A stretch of 56,236 nt of DNA from assembly GCA_002506175.1 (NCBI GenBank), contig DAXB01000042.1, forward strand, positions 1 through 56,236, read 5' to 3'. Each line of letters opens with the position of its first letter. Position 1 is the first letter of the stretch. The notes under the pieces were generated by a model. That model did no database searches, was not told where the DNA came from, and worked only from the letters and a program-made list of their open reading frames with translations. Positions 47,876 to 56,236 of this stretch are shown in pieces. The position numbers were made by a program, and so were the translations under genes. The DNA comes from Methanomassiliicoccaceae archaeon UBA113. Its GTDB lineage: Archaea > Thermoplasmatota > Thermoplasmata > Methanomassiliicoccales > Methanomethylophilaceae.

Positions 47876-48558
47876 GACAAATCCGCCACCTTCAGTCCCA
47901 ATTCTTCCAGTTCCTCTTCAGCTTCCTTTCTATATGGATATCTGGATAGTTCCTCGTCCATCTAGCTTATGCGTTCCGGTTTCGATACGTTGAACCCTAG
48001 CCTGATATGCACGAGCTGGGAGTAGAGGCAGTAATCCAGCAGTTCCCTGGAGTGCTCATCGGAATCGAAGACGTCCTTCAACGCGACTGTCTTCATCAGT
48101 GTGCTGCTGTGCCCGACGTATGTCCCGCCGTCCCACGGAATCCAGCGGATGCAGATGTCCGGATCGAAGTCCACGAGGTTCATGGCGATGAGCCTGCGGT
48201 ACGAGTCTTCTAGGTCGAAGCATTCTCCCTCCGGCCCGGAACTGATGTCTTCGAACCTGTCGATGTATGTGAATTGGTTCTTCCTGAGGAACGAATCGGA
48301 GGTCACGTAGTCCTGGACATCCTTCGAATAGAACGCATCCTCGCCCTTCATCCTCATGAACATCACGTCCGCCACCGATTCGACGACCTTTGCCGGAGCA
48401 TCCCTGAGGTAGTCGCTGAAATGGCATCTCATCCTTCCGTTCACGCATTCCCAAAGGACTTTGAAGTCCCTCAGTTCCACGAAATCGCTGGATGTCACAT
48501 CCTATCCGTACTTTCTTCCAACGGCTGCCAATATCTTCTGAAGCTTTGATTCGTCCAT
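47863..48558 (-). CDS. 231-codon hypothetical protein with two in-frame TAG codons (pyrrolysine read-through candidate or pseudogene)
   Basis: One continuous frame from ATG 48558 to TAA 47863, interrupted only by TAG at codons 19 (48502-48504) and 199 (47962-47964). Confidence 0.7.
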
Positions 48559-48679
48559 CTGCTTATCCTGCAGTTTAAACTGCGGAATGCATCACTTCGG
48601 TTTCCGTTAATTAAAGACAGACTCTACATGTAGACGACATTCAGAAACCGTATTAACCCGATAAGCGGATGTGTATCCC

Positions 48680-49063
48680 ATGCAGGAAGATCCCAAGCAG
48701 CGCGAAGCTACGGATAAGATAATGAAAGCAATCGAGGGCAAGTACGGATTCGTCCCGGTAGTGAACAAGGTCATGAGCGGGCGCCCGGACATATTCGTCC
48801 CATCGGCGGAGTTCAGCCAGGCCATCCTGGATAGGGAGGATGGCGCCATCGAGAGGAAGAACAGGTTCCTCTGCGCGATCTCCGCGGCGGCGGCCGTAGG
48901 AGGAGAGCATTGCCTCAGGGTCCAGATCAAGCATGCAAAAGAGGCCGGGGCCACCAAGGACGAGATAATCGAGAGCATAATGATAGGCTCCTACATGTCT
49001 ATGACCCGTTCGCAGTCATATGCGCTGAGGGCATATGCGGATGCATTCGACATACCTTACTGA
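48680..49063 (+). CDS. carboxymuconolactone decarboxylase/AhpD family protein
   Basis: L.AISAAAA.G.EHCL..QIKHAKEAGATKDEI.E. Confidence 0.85.
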   Translation: MQEDPKQREATDKIMKAIEGKYGFVPVVNKVMSGRPDIFVPSAEFSQAILDREDGAIERKNRFLCAISAAAAVGGEHCLRVQIKHAKEAGATKDEIIESIMIGSYMSMTRSQSYALRAYADAFDIPY

Positions 49064-49120
49064 AGGGACAGCCGAGCGACATCTTTAATAAGAGTTTATT
49101 GAAATCAAGGATTGATAGAT

Positions 49121-49447
49121 ATGGTAACAATCACACCTGAGGCAGAGAAGTTCATCACCGACCTCCTCGAGAAGAACCAGAAGACCGGATACGGAATCAA
49201 GATCTACATCTCCGGATTCGCATGTTCGGGACCCCAGTTCGGAATGTCCTTCCAGCAGAAGGAGGCCGACGGCGATATCATCGATAACACCGCCAAGGGA
49301 TTCAACATGTACTACGATGAGGAGACCAAGAAGGAACTCGATGCATGTGTCATCGAGTTCGTCGACGACCCCAACTTCGGAACCGGCCTCACGATCCGCA
49401 ACCCCAACTTCGACGGCTGCTCTTCATGCGGCGGCGGATGCCACTAA
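49121..49447 (+). CDS. HesB/IscA-like Fe-S carrier protein
   Basis: ITPEA, GFACSGPQFG, IEFVD, NPN..GCSSCGGGCH. Confidence 0.88.
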   Translation: MVTITPEAEKFITDLLEKNQKTGYGIKIYISGFACSGPQFGMSFQQKEADGDIIDNTAKGFNMYYDEETKKELDACVIEFVDDPNFGTGLTIRNPNFDGCSSCGGGCH

Positions 49448-49456
49448 ACAATTCAC

Positions 49457-49470
49457 GGGCCTTCGGGCCC
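49457..49470 (+). terminator. UUCG-type hairpin after the IscA-like gene
   Basis: GGGCC-TTCG-GGCCC preceded by AAACAATT. Confidence 0.55.
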
Positions 49471-49508
49471 ATCCAAACCCCAAACTTTTCATCGAAACGG
49501 TCTGAACC

Positions 49509-51059
49509 ATGAATTACATCGACCATCCACGCATCGTCCCTGACACGGTGGAGGCGCGCAGCTACCAGGTCTCCATGGCCAAGGGATGCATCGGCTCCAA
49601 CTCGCTGGTCATTCTACCTACGGGACTCGGAAAGACGATAGTCGCGCTGCAGGTCGCGGCCGAATATCTCCCCAAGGGGAAGATACTGATAATGGCCCCC
49701 ACCAAACCGTTGCTTGAACAGCACATAGAGACGTTCACCAACCTTCTGGCCGAGCCGAAGGTCTGTGTCCTGAACGGAAACATCACTCCGGAGAAGAGGA
49801 CGAAGCAGGTCGCGGAGAGCGAGGTCGTGATAGCCACCCCCCAGACGATAGCCAACGATCTGGACGAGGGCAGGTACGACCTGGACGATTTCTCATTGGT
49901 CATATACGACGAGGCCCACAGGGCTGTCGGCGATTATGCATATGTCAGAGTCGCTCAGCACTGCCACAGGGAGATGCGTTCCATCGGCATGACTGCTTCG
50001 CCCGGTGCCAATATGAACAGGATCAAGGAGGTCTGCATGAACCTGGACCTCAGGAGGGTGGATGCGAGGACCGAGACCGACCCGGACGTCTCCCCGTACA
50101 TGCATGAGACGCAGGTCAACAGGATCGATGTCAACCTCCCGCAGGATCTGGCGGATATCACGGCCCTCCTGTCGAAGCAGATGGATCATTACGTGGGTGA
50201 GATGATAAGCCTGGGCGTGATGAATCCCAGCTGGCCGGCATCCAAGACCCATCTGATAACGATCCAGAACACATTGCAGATGAGGCTGGCCAGCGGTGAG
50301 AAGACCGCGATAGTCTACAAGGGGCTGGCATTGGAGGCGATGTGCATGAAGGTCTATCATGCGAAGGAGCTTGCCGAGACTCAGGGCATGACATCGCTCA
50401 GAGCCTGCATAGAGAGGCTGGAAGCGGAGGCCAAGCAGGAGAAGGGCGGACGCAGCGCGAGGGATGTCGTGAACCGCGAGGAGTTCCTCGAGGTGAAGAA
50501 GATTGCCGAGAGGTCCAACGTGGAGCACCCCAAGGTTTCCAGGGTGATGTCTCTGGTCAGTCAGATCCTCCAAGGGAGGCCGGAGTCGAAGATAATGGTG
50601 TTCGCTCACTACAGGGAGACATGCGATCTGCTTGTCAGTAAGCTTTCTACCATTCCGTTCGCGAAGGTGGGCAAGCTGGTCGGTCAGGCTGGCAACGGGC
50701 TGTCGCAGAAGGAGCAGGTGGAGATCCTGGGGAGGCTCCGCAGCGGAGAGGTCAACGTCATAGTGTCGACCTCTGTCGGGGAGGAGGGGCTGGACATCTC
50801 AAGCACGGATGCCGTCATCTTCTACGAGCCGATAGCCTCCGAGATACGTACGATTCAGAGGCGCGGACGTACCGGCAGGAAGAACGACGGCGACGTCTAC
50901 CTGTTGGTCACGAAGAACACAATGGACGAGATCGCCGAGAAGACCAGCGAGAGGAAGGAGGAGGCCATGAAGGCGAACATCGAGAAGCTCAATTATGAGC
51001 TCTCCATGGGCCGCGGGACCTTCTCCGCGGGAACCCAGCGCAGGCTCGAGGGCTTCTGA
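49509..51059 (+). CDS. Hef/FANCM-like DEAH helicase, helicase domain only
   Basis: LPTGLGKT, DEAHRA, TASPG, EHPK, STSVGEEGLDI, QRRGRTGR. Confidence 0.92.
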   Translation: MNYIDHPRIVPDTVEARSYQVSMAKGCIGSNSLVILPTGLGKTIVALQVAAEYLPKGKILIMAPTKPLLEQHIETFTNLLAEPKVCVLNGNITPEKRTKQVAESEVVIATPQTIANDLDEGRYDLDDFSLVIYDEAHRAVGDYAYVRVAQHCHREMRSIGMTASPGANMNRIKEVCMNLDLRRVDARTETDPDVSPYMHETQVNRIDVNLPQDLADITALLSKQMDHYVGEMISLGVMNPSWPASKTHLITIQNTLQMRLASGEKTAIVYKGLALEAMCMKVYHAKELAETQGMTSLRACIERLEAEAKQEKGGRSARDVVNREEFLEVKKIAERSNVEHPKVSRVMSLVSQILQGRPESKIMVFAHYRETCDLLVSKLSTIPFAKVGKLVGQAGNGLSQKEQVEILGRLRSGEVNVIVSTSVGEEGLDISSTDAVIFYEPIASEIRTIQRRGRTGRKNDGDVYLLVTKNTMDEIAEKTSERKEEAMKANIEKLNYELSMGRGTFSAGTQRRLEGF

Positions 51060-51095
51060 GAATTATTATTATACGCACTCGCACTCACGACTGTT

Positions 51096-52862
51096 ATGCT
51101 CTATTCCGAGTTAGCGGACACTTTCGACAGGCTAGAGGCCACCGGCAGCCGTCTCGAGATGACTGACATCCTGGCCGATTTCATACGTGGAGTCGATAGG
51201 TCCGAGCTCAGGAACATAATCTATCTCTCGCAGGGGAAGCTCCATCCCGATTTCATCGCGAAGGAGCTGGGGATGGCCGACAAGCTCGTTCTCAAAGCCA
51301 TCTCGTTCACATCTGGTGCACCGGAATCCAAGGCCGAGGAGCTTTGGATCAAGACCGGGGATCCCGGGGAGGTCGCTGAGAAGCTCATCTCCAAGAAGAA
51401 GCAGATGACGCTTTTCGCCGAGGAACTCACCGTGGACAGGGTCTTCAAGGGACTGACGGCCATCCAGGATGCCGAAGGAAAGGATTCCCAGGACAAGAAG
51501 ATGAAGCTTCTTGCCAACATGCTCCACGATTCCGGACCGATAGAAGCGCGTTATCTGTGCAGGATCGTCACCGGAAGGATGAGGGTCGGAGCGGGGGATA
51601 TGACCATACTCGATGCCTTGGCCCTGGCGTTCGCCACCAAGGAGGACAGGCCCGTCATAGAGAGGGCATTCAACGTCACATGCGACATCGGTTACGTCGC
51701 GGAGACTATCGCAGAGGGAGGTATGGAGGCCATCAACAAGATCGGCGTCTCCATAGAGAACCCCATCAAGGTAATGCTCGCGGAGCGTCTGCCGTCGGTG
51801 GCCGAGGTAGTCGCCAAGATGGGCGGGAGCTGCGCAATGGAGTACAAGTACGACGGAATCAGGGTGCAGGCCCACGTAGGGAAGGATTCCGTGAAGCTCT
51901 ACTCCAGGAGATGGGAGGACTTGACAACCAATTTCCCAGATATAGCCGAGGCTCTGAGGGCCAGATGCAAGGCCGGAGAGGTCATCATCGAGGGAGAGTG
52001 CGTCGCGGTGGACCCGGAGACAGGGTTCATGCTGCCGTTCCAGGCCGTCACCCACAGGAGGAAGAAGCACGGTATGGACGAGGCCGTCAAGGAGATCAGC
52101 GTCCGCATATTCATGTTCGATATCCTCTACCGTGACGGAGAGGATATGACAAACAGGCCGTACCTGGAGCGCAGGTCGGAGCTTGAGTCCACTTTCGACA
52201 TAGGGGACAAGGTCCAGATGACTACGATGAGGCTCGTGAACAGCTCGGAGGAGGGCGAGGAGTTCTTCGCAAACGCCATCGCGGCGAGGTGCGAGGGTAT
52301 AATGGCTAAGTCCACGTCCCAGGATTCTATCTACAGAGCCGGTTCCAGAGGATTCCTCTGGATCAAGTACAAGAAGGATTACCAGCAGGCCCTTACGGAT
52401 TCTTTCGATCTCGCGGTGGTCGGAGCATTCTACGGGATGGGGAAGAGGGCCGGGAAGTACGGTGCGTTGCTGATGGCGGCATTCAATTCCGATTCCGGGA
52501 AGTTCGAGACCGTCTGCAAGTTGGGTACGGGTTTCGACGATGCCTTTCTGGATTCCATGCCTGAGATGCTGAACTCCGGGCTGTCAGATAAGAAGCCCAA
52601 AACAGTGGAGGCCGAGATGGTTCCGGATGTATGGTTCCAGCCATCTGTCGTATTGGAGGTCGTCGCAGCCGAGATAACGCTCAGCCCGATACACACGGCC
52701 GCAAGGGATGTCCTCAAGGAAGGATCGGGTCTCGGCATAAGGTTCCCCAGATTCACCGGCCGTGTCAGGGATGACAAGTCCCCGGAGCAGTGCACGACCG
52801 TCGGAGAGATAATCGAGATGTTCGAGATGCAGGCCCACGATTCCGACGGTCTTTCCGAGTGA
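51096..52862 (+). CDS. lig: ATP-dependent DNA ligase
   Basis: EYKYDGIR, EGE, FDIL, EGIMAK, WIKYK, RFPRF. Confidence 0.97.
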   Translation: MLYSELADTFDRLEATGSRLEMTDILADFIRGVDRSELRNIIYLSQGKLHPDFIAKELGMADKLVLKAISFTSGAPESKAEELWIKTGDPGEVAEKLISKKKQMTLFAEELTVDRVFKGLTAIQDAEGKDSQDKKMKLLANMLHDSGPIEARYLCRIVTGRMRVGAGDMTILDALALAFATKEDRPVIERAFNVTCDIGYVAETIAEGGMEAINKIGVSIENPIKVMLAERLPSVAEVVAKMGGSCAMEYKYDGIRVQAHVGKDSVKLYSRRWEDLTTNFPDIAEALRARCKAGEVIIEGECVAVDPETGFMLPFQAVTHRRKKHGMDEAVKEISVRIFMFDILYRDGEDMTNRPYLERRSELESTFDIGDKVQMTTMRLVNSSEEGEEFFANAIAARCEGIMAKSTSQDSIYRAGSRGFLWIKYKKDYQQALTDSFDLAVVGAFYGMGKRAGKYGALLMAAFNSDSGKFETVCKLGTGFDDAFLDSMPEMLNSGLSDKKPKTVEAEMVPDVWFQPSVVLEVVAAEITLSPIHTAARDVLKEGSGLGIRFPRFTGRVRDDKSPEQCTTVGEIIEMFEMQAHDSDGLSE

Positions 52863-53009
52863 AAGTTCCCGTCCGGTTCCTGATTAGATGCCTCCCCATT
52901 ATCCTTTGTTTGTCCCTAGGGTTATGCATATGTCCCGTCAGAGACACCCTAGCCCCCCTAGGGACAATCGAAGGGGTTTTTATAGGGACAGTTTTAAGAA
53001 TAGAAATCA

Positions 53010-55824
53010 AATGGACTCTTTCGTGGTAATGGGTTCGTTTACTCCGGAACAAAGAATGAAGCTTGCCGCATCTACAGATGTGGAAAGCGTCATAGAACAA
53101 TACGGTAGCAGGCCTGAGGGTCACTACAATGAGGAACTGACAACCTCCCGTATCCAGTACGGTGAGAACATAGTGTCTGATCACAACACTCATGTAATCC
53201 TGAAGAGACTGTATCACGCATTTGTAAACGTGTTTATAATCACTTTAGCAATCATCGACGTCCTTTGGATGATCCTTGATCCAGATATTATCTATTTCAT
53301 CATCCTGACCACGCTTATCCTGGTCAGTGGAACCATGACTTTCATCCAGGAGACGCGCAGCAGCAAAGCGGCGTCCAAGCTTGTCAACATGGTTACCACC
53401 ATCATCACGGTCCGCCGTGAGAATGTGGAGATCGAAGTCGACTCCTGCGACCTCGTCGTGGGAGATATCCTGATCCTCGATACGGGAGATGTCATCCCCG
53501 CCGATGTCAGGATAATAAAATCTCATCACTTGAAGGTAGACCAGTCCGCCCTTACGGGAGAGTCTGAGGCTGCCACCAAGTACTCGGAGCCTGTACAGTG
53601 CGAGGGTAACATTCTCGAGTGCAACAATCTTGCATTCATGGGTACCAGCGTCATGGAGGGCTCGGCTGAAGCTATCGTAATCGCCGTGGGTGACGACACA
53701 GTCATCGGTTCAATGGCCGAGAAACTGTCCGCCAAGAAAACTAAGACAACATACGACAAGGGAAGCAAGGCCATCGTGATGGTCCTCCTGAAGCTCATGT
53801 TCTACATGGTGCCCCCTGTCTTCATAATAATGCTCATCAAGGCCTACCTCAACAACGGATGCTTCCTCTTCGAGGATGTCATGGAGGCAATAATCTTCGC
53901 CATCACATTGGCGATCGGATTGATGCCGGAGATGCTGGCCACTATAGTGTCGACCAACCTCGCGAAAGGTGCCATCGACATGTCGAAGAAGAAGGTAATC
54001 GTGAAGGATGTCAACTCCATCCAGAATTTTGGAGCAATGGATGTCCTGTGTTCCGACAAGACCGGAACCCTTACCGAGAACAGGATCTCGGTCGAGTCCT
54101 GCAGCGACATGTACGGCAACCCGAGCGAGTTCGTTCAGAAGCTCACATGCATCAACTCCATGAAGCTGACATCCGCAACCAACCAGATCGACTGGGCAAT
54201 CCAGGAGTATGCGGTTGATAACAGGATATCCGAGGAGATCGACGACATGGAGTTTGTCGGCGACGTCCCCTTCGACTTCGTGAGGAGAAGGACCACGACC
54301 GTCGTCAAATTCAGTCCGGAAACGAACATCCTGGTCACCAAAGGAGCTACGCCCGAGATACTCGCAATCGCCGACAGGTACATCGACGAGAAGGGCGACA
54401 TCGGAGACTTGAACGAGGATGTGGTCAGCAAGGTCATGGGACTCGTCGAGTGGTACAGCCGCAAGGGAATGCGCGTCCTGGGTGTGGCTTACAAGAACGT
54501 CGTACCCGGCCAGACCGAGTTCACCCCGGCGGACGAGTGCAACCTCATATTCGCAGGTTTCGTCGTGTTCACAGATCCCGTGAAGAGGTCCGCGAAGAAG
54601 GCTATCAGCGATCTGAACGAATACGGAATCAAAGTCAAGGTCCTCACAGGGGATAACGAGTTCGTTACGAATTATGTCTGCAACGAAATCGGAGTCAAAT
54701 GCGGAATCAAGGAGATGGACATCTCCAACGTCGACGAGCTCGACGGAAAGCACATTATGACCGGACCCATGGTCGACGAACTCTCCGATGAGGAGCTGCA
54801 GAAGGCCGTGGAGGTCACCGATGTGTTCGTAAGGCTTACGCCTGACAACAAATCCCGTATCGTGCTGGCGCTTCGTGCAAACGGCCACTGCGTCGGACTG
54901 ATGGGTGACGGAATCAACGATGTCCTCGCCATGAAGAACGCTGATGTCAGCATTTCCGTCGACACCGCTACCGATATCGCGAAGGAGACCGCCAACATGA
55001 TCCTCCTCGAGAAGGACCTCGGAATCCTCAAGGACGGAGCGATCGAGGGAAGGAAGGTCTATGTGAACACCATCAAGTATGTGAAGATGATCGGATCGAT
55101 CAACTTCGGATACATGTTCTCGCTGATTCTCGCTACCATCCTGTTCAACTTCGAACCGATGGGTGCGCTGATGATCCTGATCTTCAACCTGGTCAACGAC
55201 TTCGCATGCATGTTCATCCCGTGGGATAATGTAGAAGACCAGTTCGTCAGGGAACCAAGGAAATGGGACACAATCAACCTGAAGCAGGTCATGTTCCACT
55301 ACGGACCGATGTGCCCGCTGACAGATATCATGACCTGGATCTTCATGATCTTCGTCGTGTTCGGATCTATGAACGCCACCATGCTCCTCAATGCGGACGG
55401 GCTGATGCCTGAGTTCGCATCCCAATACAACAATATCGGGGAGATGATCCTTGCAAGGGAGAATCTCTCCGGAACCAACGCGGAGGCATGGTTCCAGGCT
55501 ATCTGGTGCATCGAGCAGTATTGGATGCAGGTATGGGCGATCCACATAGTGCGTACCAACAAGCTGCCGTTCTTCCAGGCATGGTCCTCAAGGATCATCG
55601 TGGTCACTACGATACTCGCTCTGATCGTCGGAACGGTACTTCCGTTCACCGGACCTCTCTGGGCAGGAATCTCGGACTTCCCGATGGAGATCTTCCAGAG
55701 CGGATTCTTCTCGGTGGTCGGAACATTCATGATCTGGATGCCAATCATCGCGTGCGTGTACTTCTTCGGTGCACACCTGGTCAAGAAGCGGATGCTGAAG
55801 ACGCATGGGTACTTCGCCTGTTAA
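53010..55824 (+). CDS. mgtA: Mg2+-translocating P-type ATPase (start uncertain, 52930-53028)
   Basis: TGES, GLMPEML, DKTGT, PFDF.RRR, KGA, TGDN, GDGIND, PWDNV..PRKW. Confidence 0.9.
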
Positions 55825-55839
55825 CGCGGAAACAATTTA

Positions 55840-55858
55840 GCCGGGGACATTCCCCGGC
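55840..55858 (+). terminator. hairpin terminator
   Basis: GCCGGGGA-CAT-TCCCCGGC then AACTTTT. Confidence 0.6.
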
Positions 55859-55892
55859 AACTTTTATTATCGCCTGAGGGTTTCCTCGGGTC

Positions 55893-56123
55893 ATGCTATC
55901 ATTGGAGCTGGTCGTGGATTATCCCGATTCTAAGACTGCCGAAGCCGTCATGAAGGCATTGGATCCGGACAACGGGGGTTATGTGAAGTCTGTGATTTCC
56001 GGAAACGTCATCACATTCAGTATTGAAGCATCCAATGCGGGCACCATGAGGAACACCGCGGACGATCTGATGGCCTGTCTCAAGACGGCCGAGGAAGCCA
56101 TTGGCATAACAGCATCCCACTAA
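55893..56123 (+). CDS. pcc1: KEOPS complex subunit Pcc1
   Basis: 76 aa, A..V..AL.PDN..IEA..GTMRNT.DDL..CL pattern. Confidence 0.85.
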   Translation: MLSLELVVDYPDSKTAEAVMKALDPDNGGYVKSVISGNVITFSIEASNAGTMRNTADDLMACLKTAEEAIGITASH

Positions 56124-56156
56124 GATTATATCCAAGGATTAATTCTCCTACTTTGT

Positions 56157-56229
56157 GGGCCCTTGGGGTAGCTTGGTATCCTTGTGGCTTCGGGAGCCAC
56201 TGACTCCGGTTCAAATCCGGGGGGGCCCA
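56157..56229 (+). tRNA. tRNA-Pro (CGG)
   Basis: Acceptor stem GGGCCCT/GGGGCCC, anticodon arm GTGGC-TTCGGGA-GCCAC, T loop TTCAAAT. Confidence 0.95.
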
Positions 56230-56236
56230 CTCATAT

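Noticed and set aside
53710-55545. 611-aa minus-strand ORF
   Set aside because: Antisense shadow of mgtA, caused by codon bias.

Overview
Archaeal chromosome segment, most likely from a host-associated Methanomassiliicoccales methanogen (inferred from RpoL, Trm5, Dph5, Pcc1, ABCE1, Hef, AcdAB, AcnX-type mevalonate genes, a Sel1 protein and the absence of TAG stops). It holds about 50 mostly housekeeping CDSs and three tRNAs (Cys, Ile, Pro). The main candidate novel system is a RiPP-like locus at 29223-31754. It has a Cys/Trp-rich double-glycine precursor with two CxxCCC motifs, a hairpin, a radical SAM/SPASM enzyme, and a divergent DUF5685-like protein with isoprenoid-synthase-like Asp-rich motifs. 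Other notable items: a gene interrupted by two in-frame amber codons (pyrrolysine candidate); an unassigned ~290-nt structured RNA-like segment; an AAA/DUF4143 gene flanked by two 34-bp palindromes next to tRNA-Cys; a PMDh small subunit-Nudix fusion; and a corrinoid-type ABC importer with a beta-propeller-permease fusion and a shared TTGGAT-N5-ATCCAA operator. All family calls are by motif recognition; no searches were run.
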